Origin: Promethearchaeota archaeon
GTDB taxonomy: Archaea; Asgardarchaeota; Lokiarchaeia; Sigyniarchaeales; SOKP01
NCBI GenBank assembly: GCA_008080735.1
Contig: SHMW01000001.1
Location: 1-64,000, forward strand
DNA length: 64,000 bases
Direction of reading: 5' to 3'
In this document: piece after piece, positions 21,301 through 31,800 of the stretch
How the letters are laid out: the number at the start of each line of letters is the position of its first letter
How positions within the stretch are numbered: the first letter of the stretch is position 1
Made by a program: the position numbers and the translations under genes
Notes under the pieces: generated by a model
What the model was told of the DNA's origin: nothing
Database searches by the model: none
What the model saw: only the letters and a program-made list of their open reading frames with translations

Positions 21301-22015
21301 AAATATTATTCTCTTCAATTAAAACAGTTTCATCATATGGCAAACTGAACTCACCTTGAATAATTCCTAACCATTTAGCTAAATGTGTAACAGCAACTCT
21401 AAGACTTCCCGCTGGTCCAGATCGACTACAATGAGGCCAATTACTTACGGGCGGGAGCCCATGTTCCAAGATCATACGGGCATCCCACGCCTGACAGAAT
21501 GGACGAAGGTCAAAATAACGAAGCATATGGATGTGAATATCTCCATACAGATGAGCGTGAGCTTCTTCAGAATTGAGGATCCGTAGTAACGCATATTCCT
21601 CGGAGATACGATTTGCGGCCCAATGATGAATACTTTCGGGATTCATATCTTGATTCGCATTTTCATTTACTCCAAAATTCAATATTTCTTCATAATCCAT
21701 CAGTGGCATTCCGATCCGTGTATACAGTTTCCGCTCTTCTTCGAAATGCTGCTCAGAAAGCACAGAACAGACAATTTCTCGAATATGGGGGCCAGACAAA
21801 AACTTAATTCCTGAAGAGATAATCCGTCGGACGACTATTTCCGTTATCTTTTCGGCAGAAGTGTTATCTAAACCTGTTTCTTTGATGATGCTCTGATATA
21901 TTTTTGAAGGATCAAATTTTACCCAATCTCCTTCAGATCTAAAAACCCTTGGGAGAAGATTTTTCATAAAATCGTGCTTTTCTTCATCCTCATAACAATC
22001 TTGGTTTATAACCAT
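18380..22015 (-). CDS. nrdD: Anaerobic (class III) ribonucleotide reductase with ATP-cone and intein
   Basis: HLYGDIHIH, RGGQVPFTS, SLNLPR, PAES, YYTNS, C-terminal YSRITGYY glycyl-radical motif. ATG at 22015 follows GAGGT. Confidence 0.93.
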   Translation of the reverse strand: MVINQDCYEDEEKHDFMKNLLPRVFRSEGDWVKFDPSKIYQSIIKETGLDNTSAEKITEIVVRRIISSGIKFLSGPHIREIVCSVLSEQHFEEERKLYTRIGMPLMDYEEILNFGVNENANQDMNPESIHHWAANRISEEYALLRILNSEEAHAHLYGDIHIHMLRYFDLRPFCQAWDARMILEHGLPPVSNWPHCSRSGPAGSLRVAVTHLAKWLGIIQGEFSLPYDETVLIEENNILSWRKIGDVVEENLDDLKTIYTFAFNPKTLKMEKQRITNVFKHNCNESFLKINLEYGREITVTRHHSLFTLNDGRIIPVKGKELKVGDYVVVPRKINYKKEIKSLNILKIILESSEKYPNWYVRSVIKNLSQEEIKKLRKIDKWANQHIFNDSIPLEIFKKLNISESKWKNLKIGMARSPYELPAVIELSKELLFILGVYVAEGSACYKHFNITLDKHEKSLIKEVKEKFYSTFKVYLKDRNPHSTVNQLSLESEVYRILFEDLFKIGHKASNKKAPFFIFGLNEKYIKSFLRGFFLRDGHCRNSNPKKKRIRNEIFGSTISNQLIKDLNFLLLRLGIVPSISYGKNINRISIYGQHNLSLFLDNFKDSDLKWNYEDTSCEKSPIPLLLPINHLGLRSRYGNSSNLNYIERAILNQKERIGRNNLYSILAKLEDSPYKKRLEKFINSDLCVLRINTIKKLPKEEFAFDFEVSPNGEFIENFIAGKGLIIAHNSGGQGYDYITTFLAPFAKGLSEREIEQSMQCLIFETNQIFAARGGQVPFTSISCTPTVPKGLTDIPAIGPKGKIVGSYGDYKDECLRLFDALTDVYIEGDHNGKLFGFPKHEVKMKKEWLKEFEPSYLKVMKEAVEMGTPYFLNMCPDWMPDEIHSQCCRKFLRGDEIVSKCILDPEKRKKGSIWEDYVTIGSLQSVSLNLPRYAYMADNEDQYFEILDEKLELCSRILIKKWYLMEKRLQTRHLPLCSGTIDGKSIFRIEDQNLSIGFTGLNEAVQSLTNMELHEDENAFELGKRILNYMVAKCNTMSERSGFSYSLWEQPAESSSGRFAKLDLKHFPKKAIPQSSGESAYYTNSSHFRYDAEMPLYERIHKQGDYHPIVGGGVISHIWLGEQKPDINGLWELTKNICLNTNTAYFAYTTDFTYCPQCQKMFRGGQWTCPKCHSEDVKVYSRITGYYSEVNRYNDGKRAEWESRKRENVI
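19826..21346 (-). mobile_element. Intein (507 aa) with LAGLIDADG endonuclease in NrdD
   Basis: QGEF|SLPYDE...VTRHHSL...IIAHN|SGGQ. LAGLIDADG-like LGVYVAEG and FLRGFFLRDG. Confidence 0.92.
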
Positions 22016-22398
22016 TTTACTTAGATACCTCAATAAATTTTTATTATTCTTCTTGTTATTATCCCCTTAATCTCAACTAGAATTTGTCGTAACTGCTTAC
22101 AGGGTTATTAAATTTATCGCGCAATTAATGTTATTAAAATATGATACTCATTGATATAAAAACTTGTTTTTTTTACAATTTAAACTATTATATTAACGAA
22201 TTAATTGAGTTTTTATGGGTTATCTGTGATTTCCTCATCTTTTTATAGAGACTTTTCTCTTTTATTTTCGTTCTTCTGTTCTTATCTTAAAAATGTCGTT
22301 GATGTAGGGATTATTTATAAAATTTTTTTATTCATATAGTATGATTATATTTAAATAACAAATGAGTGTCCTAATTTACTAAAAAGGTCAAATTTAAA

Positions 22399-22728
22399 AT
22401 GCCAGAAAATCCAACCAATAAAGATGATATCGAACCAATACAAGCTTTAGAAGGGATATACAGAAAAACCTTAATCTATAATGAGAATGTTATGCTTTGT
22501 TTGTTTTATTTAGACAAAAATGCGAGCATCCCTATTCATAACCACGAAGCTCATCAAATTGGATATATTTTAAAAGGAAAGATTAAATTTCTATTGGAAG
22601 ATGGAAGTTTTCTCGCCGAAATGGGAGATAGTTATGTTTTTAATTCAATGGAAAAACATGGTGCGGAAATAATAGAGGATAGTGAAGTAATTGAAGTTTT
22701 TTCTCCTTCACGCAATGATTATAAATAA
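22399..22728 (+). CDS. Cupin domain protein
   Basis: PIHNHEAHQIGYILKG...GD..VF....HG...EVFSP.R. Confidence 0.88.
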   Translation: MPENPTNKDDIEPIQALEGIYRKTLIYNENVMLCLFYLDKNASIPIHNHEAHQIGYILKGKIKFLLEDGSFLAEMGDSYVFNSMEKHGAEIIEDSEVIEVFSPSRNDYK

Positions 22729-22777
22729 AAGGTATCCAATTGGGAAATAAAAGCAAATGGTAAGAAATAATCACATT

Positions 22778-23146
22778 TTACCATTGATACGCCGCTAATG
22801 TGAATATGGCAAACATGCAGAAGAGAAATTCGGCAATCAACCAATCAGTAAATAATTTTTTCTTTTTATCTCGATTTTTTTTAACATTTGCAGCCAATCC
22901 AAATGAGAATGCTGATGATGTAGCGGTAAACACAATAAAGGAAAATGTCAATACATTCTCTTCAAAATCTAAAAAAGGAATGTCAATTATATAATCTAAT
23001 ACGACCCATGAAAAAAGAAACCCAATCAAAGCAAATAGGAAAATCCAACCTGAATATTGGATTGCCTTTTCAAATTTAATATCTTCTTCCAGTCCTGCCT
23101 TTGATTTCCTAACTTTTTTCTTTTTTATCTTTGACATATAAATCAA
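22778..23146 (-). CDS. Small 3-TM membrane protein
   Basis: Three hydrophobic segments with basic loops. Confidence 0.65.
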   Translation of the reverse strand: MIYMSKIKKKKVRKSKAGLEEDIKFEKAIQYSGWIFLFALIGFLFSWVVLDYIIDIPFLDFEENVLTFSFIVFTATSSAFSFGLAANVKKNRDKKKKLFTDWLIAEFLFCMFAIFTLAAYQW

Positions 23147-23216
23147 TGTATAAGTTATTGAAGATCAGAATCTTTGATGATTCTTAATGTTTTTTAAATG
23201 AGTATATTGAAGGTAT

Positions 23217-23711
23217 TTATCTATTTTTCAGAAGTACGATTGCTTTTGCGATGTCTCCCTCGCATTCTCGTAATACTGCTTCTGCTTCTTCTTTTGGCAC
23301 ATTAGCTTGCGCGGCCACTAACATGATATCATTTTGGGTAATAGTCGGACGGGCTTCCTCTTCGATCCTCTCCTCTTCAATCCTCTCCTCTTCGATCTCC
23401 CCCTCTTCTATATACTCTTCTCCAATGTCTATATCTCCTGGTTCACGTTCTTCTGCCTGACCTACAACTTGATATATTTCTTGACCCATCTGATTTAATT
23501 TCATTACTTCTGGTTGATTGATTATTATCGTCTTATCTGTGCCTTCAATTATAACTCTTGTTGCATCTATTTGATCCATATCAATTCCTTGTTGTTGCAT
23601 TCTTCGTCGCATAGATCTGGAACTATATTGCGATCCCGGTCGTTTTTTTACTTTTGTAGGTCTTTTTGGCTTACTTTTTTCTTTCTTTTGTATTTCTTTT
23701 GGTAGTTTCAT
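23217..23711 (-). CDS. nac: Nascent polypeptide-associated complex protein
   Basis: MRRRMQQQGIDM..IDATRVII, YQVVG, UBA-like DIMLVAAQANV...GDIAKAI. Confidence 0.9.
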   Translation of the reverse strand: MKLPKEIQKKEKSKPKRPTKVKKRPGSQYSSRSMRRRMQQQGIDMDQIDATRVIIEGTDKTIIINQPEVMKLNQMGQEIYQVVGQAEEREPGDIDIGEEYIEEGEIEEERIEEERIEEEARPTITQNDIMLVAAQANVPKEEAEAVLRECEGDIAKAIVLLKNR

Positions 23712-23802
23712 AATGGATAATCATTTTGCTTCCTATTCTTATATTAATATAATATAGCGAAATTTTTAATTTTTTGACTTTTTTTACTAATTCGGAATTT
23801 AT

Positions 23803-24282
23803 TTAACTGATACCCTTTCTTACATCAACCCCTACACCGCGAGTGAATTCTCTAATATAAGGGACGGGAATGGAAACTCTCCCAATTGCTAATATTTCTT
23901 GTTCTTGATTTACGACTATAATCTCATCATTTGGTCTAAGAGAATCATCTATATCTAATATATGCTTACAAAATACATTTCTGCCTTTTCGAATAAATTT
24001 TGAAATTTCTGTAAGAACCACAGCTCGCAATCTCGGACTTTTTGTGTTGCTAATAATAATATCGCTGGCTAAAAATGTTAAAGTGAATAAACCATTTGTG
24101 GGTTTTAGTGTTAGTAACAGTTCCTCCCCAGAATATACATATCTGATCTTTCCGGTATTTTTTGAACGGACAATCCTAATGTGATCTAAATTCTCAAATA
24201 AAATATCTGTAATTTCAGGACCAAATTGATAATCTGAGATTGCCTTTAACTTTCTGATTGCCAAAATTTGTTCTATTTCCAT
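23803..24282 (-). CDS. PUA-domain protein (archaeosine TGT C-terminal-like)
   Basis: ISDYQFG, SKNTGKIR, GRNVFCKHI, VDVRKG. Confidence 0.85.
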   Translation of the reverse strand: MEIEQILAIRKLKAISDYQFGPEITDILFENLDHIRIVRSKNTGKIRYVYSGEELLLTLKPTNGLFTLTFLASDIIISNTKSPRLRAVVLTEISKFIRKGRNVFCKHILDIDDSLRPNDEIIVVNQEQEILAIGRVSIPVPYIREFTRGVGVDVRKGIS

Positions 24283-24396
24283 ACTTAAATGTATTATTCT
24301 TAAACTAAAAAGTAATAATAAATCAAATCATAATTTAAAATAAAAATATATTCAATAAAAATCTATAAAAAAAGGTTAAAAACGGTCTTAGTTGAT

Positions 24397-25608
24397 TTAC
24401 GAATAGATTCGCGATTCAACGCATTTATTTTTATTTTTATTGAGTACTTTTGAAATCGCGTTAAGGAAATCCTCTTCAGTTATATTTTCGGAATCTCTTC
24501 GAATTGCGAACATCCCTGCTTCTGTACATATGGCCTTAATATCTGCTCCTGTTGCACCTTCAGTGATCTTTACGAAACGATTGAAATTAACGCTATCTTT
24601 AATATTTAGATCTCTTGTATGAATTTTGAATATTGCTTCTCTAGATTCATCTTTAGGAATAGGAAACTCAATCATCCTGTCAAATCGACCGGGGCGTAAT
24701 AGGGCGGGATCTAGTATATCAACTCTATTGGTGGCTCCAATAATTTTTACATCTCCGCGAGCTTCAAATCCATCTAATTCGCTTAATAATTGCATTAATG
24801 TTCTTTGAACTTCACGATCGCCAGATGTTGCGATCTTAAGTCTCTGAGACCCAATAGCATCCAACTCGTCAATAAACAAGATACTTGGAGCATTTTGCTT
24901 GGCTAAACTAAACACTTCCCTCACTAATCTAGCCCCTTCACCAATGAACTTTTGCACTAATTCTGAACCGATAATTCTAATGAATGATGCTTCTGTTTCA
25001 TGAGCAACTGCTTTAGCCATTAAAGTTTTTCCAGTTCCTGGTGGTCCGTGCAATAAAACTCCTTTTGGTGGCTCTATCCCTACTTTTTTAAACAATTCTG
25101 GTTTTGTTAACGGTAATTCTACAGTCTCCCTTACTTCTAACAATTGTTCTTCCAATCCGCCAATATCGTTATATGATACATCTGGAATCGAGTCGATGAC
25201 TTCCATTCCTTTTACAAATGGATCTAATTTTGTTGGGAGTACTTCCATAATTGCGAAGGTTCTTTGATTCAAAGCTACACGCATCCCAGGACTTATTTTT
25301 TCATTTTTGACCTTTCTCGAAGCATTGACAACAAAACTCGGACCCGTTGAGCTTTTTACAATCGCTCGTCCCTTACTCTCGTCTAATACATCAATAACAC
25401 TAGCGGAGACTAGTGGAGGTTCTCTCAATCGATCTATTTCATTACGAAGGCTATGTAATTCCTGTTCCAAACGTAGTCTCTCCGCATCTAACAATTGTTT
25501 CTCCGTTTCCAAATTTCTCAATCGCTTTTCTAAATGCCGAGTGTAGGTGATTAGATACTCCCCATCCTTTGCTTCCTTTTCTTTTTTCTTATCTTTAGTC
25601 GTTGGCAA
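24397..25608 (-). CDS. pan: Proteasome-activating nucleotidase
   Basis: N-terminal coiled coil, [30 protein letters not shown]-terminal HbYX (IYS). Confidence 0.95.
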   Translation of the reverse strand: MPTTKDKKKEKEAKDGEYLITYTRHLEKRLRNLETEKQLLDAERLRLEQELHSLRNEIDRLREPPLVSASVIDVLDESKGRAIVKSSTGPSFVVNASRKVKNEKISPGMRVALNQRTFAIMEVLPTKLDPFVKGMEVIDSIPDVSYNDIGGLEEQLLEVRETVELPLTKPELFKKVGIEPPKGVLLHGPPGTGKTLMAKAVAHETEASFIRIIGSELVQKFIGEGARLVREVFSLAKQNAPSILFIDELDAIGSQRLKIATSGDREVQRTLMQLLSELDGFEARGDVKIIGATNRVDILDPALLRPGRFDRMIEFPIPKDESREAIFKIHTRDLNIKDSVNFNRFVKITEGATGADIKAICTEAGMFAIRRDSENITEEDFLNAISKVLNKNKNKCVESRIYS

Positions 25609-25859
25609 GAAGATTTTCCCTTTTACAATATATTTTATCTAATTTAAGTTGATCTATCCTTTATTTTATTAAAGATGATCTACAAATATAAATTTATATT
25701 TGTTAAACTCTCGTTATTTTAATATTGTTGTGGGAAAATAAAAAGGTTTAATTTTATATTTTATAACAGTTAAAATGGTATAACCAAAAATTATAAAGAT
25801 TTAAATCTATTAATTCTAATTGCAATTAATTTCAAATTATTGACTTAAATAAATCTCAA

Positions 25860-26393
25860 ATGCCAAAATCTCAGAATGAAGAATGTCCTATATGTGGTGG
25901 CGTCATATGGGGCGGTGGTCAAAAAGTCTTGATAGAAGGCGCAAAAATTCGAGTTTGCGAAAGTTGCGCTCAACATGGCAAAAAGATAATTTCCACAAGA
26001 TCACGTAGAACTTATCACAAACGTTCACCTTCCTCAAATAGAAAAACATCTTCCCCAAGCTCATATAAAAGTTCGCGCTCATATTTAGAACCAGAGCTTA
26101 TAGTGGTGGATGATTATGCAAAACGTATTCGTGAGGCCAGAGAAAAAAGAAATCTCACTCAAGAACAATTTGCCCAGCGTATCCACGAGAAAGAATCATT
26201 AATTCGCAGATTTGAGGCTAGCAAGACTAAACCTACCATTGAATTGGCTAAAAAACTGGAAAAGGAATACAATATTAAATTATTGGAAGAATCTGATGTT
26301 ACTCAAGTAAATACCAGTGATTATATCAAAAAGAAACGTGGCGGAACATCCTTAGGAGATATTGCCTTTATTAAAAAGAAGAAAAAAGACTAA
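25860..26393 (+). CDS. mbf1: Archaeal multiprotein bridging factor 1
   Basis: N-terminal Zn ribbon CPICG/CESC, HTH, SLGD tail. Confidence 0.9.
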   Translation: MPKSQNEECPICGGVIWGGGQKVLIEGAKIRVCESCAQHGKKIISTRSRRTYHKRSPSSNRKTSSPSSYKSSRSYLEPELIVVDDYAKRIREAREKRNLTQEQFAQRIHEKESLIRRFEASKTKPTIELAKKLEKEYNIKLLEESDVTQVNTSDYIKKKRGGTSLGDIAFIKKKKKD

Positions 26394-26403
26394 ATTTCTC
26401 CAA

Positions 26404-26985
26404 TTATTCCTGCTCATCAATAGAGAAGGATATTTTTTTATTGGAAATAATTCTTTCTTTTAAAAAATTCTTAGTCTCTTCATTATCTAAAGCCTTTAAT
26501 TCACCACCGCACTCCGGACATCTGAAATTTAGTTCGAATGCTTCCTCGAAAGTATACTTTATTTGATTCTCCTCGCAATCTTCGCATTCAAAGAAATAAT
26601 TCTTCTCTTCATATTCTAATCTATCGCGCAATTTTTGCTGAAGTAAATTCTTTTTCTCTAATAATATTTCTTCCAGTAAGTCAAACTCATGCCACCAGTA
26701 ATAAATGAACCATCCTGTAGATTTATCTCGTATGCGTCGGAATTGCGCTAATTTTTCGGAATATAACTTATATAAGGTTTTCCGAACAGTGTTAAGCTTC
26801 AAAATCTCCTCATCTTCAGGCTCAAAATCTTTTTTACCTTTAATTCTATCCTTAATATTCTCCGTGATATCTTCATCAGTGATATCTTCCTCTTCTGAAG
26901 CGATTAGCTCTTTCCCAACCTCTATAGCAATATCTCCACCTACAATATATAAGAAAGACTGTAATAACGGATTAAATTCTGTAAT
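26404..26985 (-). CDS. tfe: Transcription factor E (TFE/TFIIE-alpha), probable ATT start
   Basis: ITDEDI...NTVRKTLYKL, RDKSTGWFIYYW, FEEAFELNFRCPECG. Frame is open ~60 codons upstream of the 26802 TTG. Confidence 0.88.
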   Translation of the reverse strand: MTEFNPLLQSFLYIVGGDIAIEVGKELIASEEEDITDEDITENIKDRIKGKKDFEPEDEEILKLNTVRKTLYKLYSEKLAQFRRIRDKSTGWFIYYWWHEFDLLEEILLEKKNLLQQKLRDRLEYEEKNYFFECEDCEENQIKYTFEEAFELNFRCPECGGELKALDNEETKNFLKERIISNKKISFSIDEQE

Positions 26986-27087
26986 AACTGATTCCCTCTG
27001 CTATTTTGATTAAATAAATATGTAGTGTTAAATGTAAATTTTTTGATTTTTATTAATATTTGATTTTAGGCATTTAAAAAAGAGGAT

Positions 27088-27864
27088 TTAAACGACAAAT
27101 GAATATTGCTTCTCAATGATTTCTCCATCTATATCTGCAGTTCTAATTAATTTTCCCTTTCGCACAGCTAGAATTCTGAGTTTTCTAGAGTCTTTTATCC
27201 CTCTCGGTATTGCTATTTCATTGATTCGATAATTATTCGTAAGGGTAATTTTACTCCAATCTTCAGGAATCTCCTCTTTAAAATCAAAAACCACCTCATC
27301 CATGATCATTTGATTGTTCTTGGCTGAGGGATTCATATATCCCTTACAAAACTGAACTCTCTTTCCAACATCGTCATCAATTGGTTTCTTCTTGGAAGGT
27401 TTAGGCAACCTACTCTTAGTATCAACTCTGACCCATTTTTCTAATTGGAAATTCAATAGTAGATAACAACATGTTCGAAATTCGTCAATTAGATCAATAA
27501 TTTTCTCTGTTTCGATGGATTGTTCAAAACTAGCTTTATAATTTTTGGTTTTTCCGGTTGATTCTTTTAATTCCCAATTTATATCAAATTCATTTAATTT
27601 ATCAGAAATATCTTGACCCGAGATTAACGTTCCATCAATCTCTAGCTCGTCCGTTCTTATAGAACGCAAAACTAATTCTTGGACTAAATCTTCATATTCC
27701 AGTGAACCTTTAAGGGTAAATTTGGTCGAGGTCTGTCTAAGCTTAATCGCTGGACCAATAAATTCACCTCTGGAATATCGATAAAAATGACGATGGACAT
27801 CCATATGTTCTTTAGCTGGGTCTTCCAAGGCTGGATTCTCAGTAATTTTCTTTAGAAAATGCAT
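27088..27864 (-). CDS. Conserved hypothetical archaeal protein
   Basis: 258-aa ORF with VHRHFYRYSRGEFIGP and RKGKLIR motifs. Confidence 0.7.
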   Translation of the reverse strand: MHFLKKITENPALEDPAKEHMDVHRHFYRYSRGEFIGPAIKLRQTSTKFTLKGSLEYEDLVQELVLRSIRTDELEIDGTLISGQDISDKLNEFDINWELKESTGKTKNYKASFEQSIETEKIIDLIDEFRTCCYLLLNFQLEKWVRVDTKSRLPKPSKKKPIDDDVGKRVQFCKGYMNPSAKNNQMIMDEVVFDFKEEIPEDWSKITLTNNYRINEIAIPRGIKDSRKLRILAVRKGKLIRTADIDGEIIEKQYSFVV

Positions 27865-27958
27865 ATTAAATCAATTTTATATTCTCGTATATTTTCCGTG
27901 TTATTGTTTAATATTTAATGTAACTCATACCTTTAAATTTTTATTAATTAAAAAATTA

Positions 27959-27994
27959 AAAGAAAGTAATTAATTGAAAGAAAGTAATTAATCG
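27959..27994 (+). repeat. Tandem 18-nt direct repeat AAAGAAAGTAATTAAT(T/C)G x2
   Basis: Read directly, just upstream of ORF 28010. Confidence 0.7.
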
Positions 27995-28009
27995 AATACA
28001 CTAAAAATT

Positions 28010-28216
28010 ATGAAGGAGGCTGGCGTGGTTTCCATACCATTATGGGTATTTGCCTGGATTCTATTAGTTGTTGGGATATTCACTTTCCTTATTTTACTAA
28101 TCTATGCTAAATATGGAAGAGAAATTTCTATTAAATTTTCCATAATTACCATACTGATCACTTCCTCCTCGATTGCTTTTGCTATTCATTTCTTTCTACT
28201 GAATTTAGGTTTATAA
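28010..28216 (+). CDS. Small 2-TM membrane protein
   Basis: Two hydrophobic helices. Confidence 0.6.
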   Translation: MKEAGVVSIPLWVFAWILLVVGIFTFLILLIYAKYGREISIKFSIITILITSSSIAFAIHFFLLNLGL

Positions 28217-28351
28217 TTCCAGAGTTTCTTTTTTTTGATGATTTCCTTATAGGCTCATTTTTAGACTTGAATGTGAATCTTTAAAAAATATGGAATCTAT
28301 ATTGTAATAATTAATATTTCAAAAAATCGCTATAACAAACAGTGATGTAAA

Positions 28352-28792
28352 ATGTTACTACAGGATACAAATGCAATAATCTTTTTACTAGGTATAATAA
28401 TCGGTACCGTTATATTAGGTCTTATCATCTATTTGGCCGTTCTTCTGATAGAGTCAAAAACTAAAGCATCTGATAAAGTTGTACTGATATTTTTACTTGC
28501 ATTGATAACAATCTTGATCTTGCCCCCCGTTCTGGGAGCAATTGGGCAAGTGCTCAGTGCAATTGGAAATGTTTTTGTTGCAATTAGAGATGTCTTTGGT
28601 GGGGGTGGTGCTAATTATCTCGTACAATTAGTACCAATCATAGGATTTTTAATTTTGTTAGTTCTTACTAAGTTCTTTATTGATATTAGATGGGAAACTT
28701 CCGTTTGGATTTCATTATTGACTCTCTTTCTACTATACATTCTCTTATCTTTGATCCCCGAATTGGATTTCTTTGACCTATATGTAATTTAA
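28352..28792 (+). CDS. 4-TM membrane protein
   Basis: Highly hydrophobic ORF. Confidence 0.7.
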   Translation: MLLQDTNAIIFLLGIIIGTVILGLIIYLAVLLIESKTKASDKVVLIFLLALITILILPPVLGAIGQVLSAIGNVFVAIRDVFGGGGANYLVQLVPIIGFLILLVLTKFFIDIRWETSVWISLLTLFLLYILLSLIPELDFFDLYVI

Positions 28793-28859
28793 ATATATAA
28801 TCTTCTTTTCTTTTTTTTAATCTAAGGGTAAAACAAAATAGAAGTAAAAATTATTTGGA

Positions 28860-31800
28860 TTATATTTTCTCTTTTAGTTTCAACCGTGGAGCTAATCCGA
28901 GTGACATCATTTCTTGTAAAAGAAGTTTAAACGCATATGAACAAACCACTTTTGATATTGTTGTTCCTTCACCACATACCGGACAGTATCGTTTATCCCG
29001 GTTTCTATCATAGACCGCCAAAAGACCGCATTTTTCGCATACGAGGATGACAGTTTTATCTGATTCATCCAATAAACGTTCTTTCAAGAGTAAGGCAGAA
29101 CCGTGTCCGACAAGACAATCTCTCTCCATTTCTCCAAATCTTAGGCCTCCTTCTCGAGCTCTCCCTTCAGTGGGCTGCCGAGTTAGAATCTGTACCGGCC
29201 CCCGTGCTCTGGCGTGTAATTTATCTGCGACGAGATGATAGAGTTTTTGATAATAGATTGGAGCACAATAAATTCCCGCTTCATATTTTTCTCCCGTAAT
29301 TCCGTTATACATTACCTCCCGTCCATTAAACTCAAATCCCGCATCAACTAATTGTTCTTGCAACTTGGTGATATCTTTCCATTCGAAAGCTGTGGCATCA
29401 CCTAATTCCCCTGTGCTACATGCGATCTTTCCGCTAATCCCTTCAAATAATTGTCCTAAGGTCATTCTTGAAGGCATCGCGTGTGGATTCACAATTATGT
29501 CGGGTCTCACTCCTGAGGATGTGAAAGGCATATCATATTCGTCTACAACTAATCCTAGAACCCCTTTCTGTCCGTGTCTCGAGGAAAATTTGTCTCCAAG
29601 CTCTGGAATCCTCAAATCTCTAACTTTTATTTTTACTAATTTGTTTCCATCAACAGTTTCAGAAATCAACACAGTATCAACGATTCCTTGCTCATTATGA
29701 CGCATATTTTTTGAAGTTTCTCTTCTATTAGGTTGCATGAGTTCGAATTCTTCATAAGATTTGATAAATCGTGGAGGGGATGTTCTACCGATTAGTACAT
29801 CTCCACCATTCACTTGAGTTTCTGGCTCAATTATACCATCATCTTCAGAAAGCAATCTATATGACTCTGCTGATTTGAATCCTCGTACTCCCCGTTCGGG
29901 TATCTCAAATTTATCCACCTCTCCTCCGGGATATTTTCTCTCTTCGGCATCATAAGTTCTAAAGAAATGACTGCGTGCCAACCCTCGTTCTATAGAGGCT
30001 TTATTGATAATGATGGCATCTTCAATATTATACCCCTCAAAGGACATCATCGCAATAACAAAATTTTGTCCGGCAGGACGCTGATTGAAGCCGATTATTT
30101 CCATTGGACTTGTTTTTACGAGCGGTTGCTGTGGATAATGAAGTGTGTGTCCGCGTGTATCCAGCCGGAGATGCATATTGGCAGCAAATAATCCTAATGC
30201 TTGTTTCACCATTCCCGCTTCATAAGTGTTTCTCGGGGATTGGTTATGTTCTGGGAAAGGGATAATTGATGCACAAATCCCAAGAATAGCTGCGGGTGAG
30301 ATTTCTAAATGTGTATGCTCGGCTGTTATTTCCTCCTCGAACATCGCAATATAGGCGTTTTCTTCTTCCTCTGCGTCAAGATGCTCTATTACACCTTTTT
30401 CTACTAAATCAGACCACATGATTTTTCTTTGCCTTATCTTTTCAATATCTTCTTTCGTCACTAAGAGTTCTTTATCTTTAATGACGAATAGAGGTCTTGT
30501 AGCTCGCCCCGCATCACAGTTGATTTGGATTTCTTTTGAATCTTGATAAAATCCAATATTAACGTGCTGTCCTATTTCTCCCCTCCGTCGTTTTTCACGT
30601 AATTGACGGATAAAGGGATTATAATTTTGATGGATACCCACTAATTTTCCGTTGAGAAATACTTTGACCTTATCTCCTCGAATATTTCCTACTTCGTTGA
30701 TGGGCACCACGCCTAAATCGATTAGAATGTTTTCTATGATTCTCTCATCTGCACCTACAGAAATAATTGAAGCAAGACCGAGATTTTTCACAAGACCGCA
30801 ATTTGGACCTTCGGGAGTTTCTGCGGGACATATTTTACCCCATTGGGTCGGATGTAAGTCTCGTGCTTCAAAATGAGGCTGGGATCTACTTAAAGGAGAA
30901 ATGACTCTTCTCAGATGGCTTAATGTCCCAACTTGATTCGTTCTATTTAATAATTGGCTGACTCCTGCTTTTCCGCCCACCCAATTTCCTGTTGCTAATG
31001 CGTGTCGGATTCGTTCGGTAATAACATCTGCTCGAACTGCAGTCTTTATGTTCGGAGCTCTTCCCCTTACGGCAGTACGCTCCAATTGGTATTTAATATC
31101 TTTAACCAGATTTAAAAACGCTACTCGAAATAATGATGTGAATAGATCTCCCGCAAGTTTCAGCCGTTTATTTGCGTAATGATCCTTATCATCAGGTTCT
31201 CTCATTCCCAAGGCAAGTTCCATCACTTTCTGGGCCATCTGACCCAAATAATATGCTTTTTTAATTCGATCTTCCTCATCATTTCCGATATGGGGTAATA
31301 AATAACGATCTAAGACTTGGAGTGCTCTTCTAATACGATAATCTTTTGTCTGTCCAATCGCCACTCTTTTTCCTATGTAATCTAATGCATTTTGTTGAGA
31401 TTTTTCTGGATCTTTTAATACTTGAATTTCGGAGGCAACATCTATCACAGGAATCAATTCTTTTTGAATTTCCTCATCTTCTGAGATTGCCTCGAATATT
31501 TGTCGATCTGAATGAAGTCCCAGAGCTCTCATCAAGATTGCTAGGGGAATTTTACCCGGAACGGATGGAAAAGAGACTCGTAAATTGCCGTCTTTCTTTC
31601 GCTCGATTGAGACTGGTGCTCTAAATCCGCTACGTGTAGAAAACACTTTCGCTTGGTGAGTAGCGCTTGAGCTTCTACTTGCCTCTTCTGCAAGAATTCT
31701 ATTCGGTGCTAAATCTTCCTGAGTTACGAGAACCCGTTCTGTTCCATTTATAATGAAATAACCGCCTGGATCTAATGGATCCTCGCCTCGGTTAATGAGT

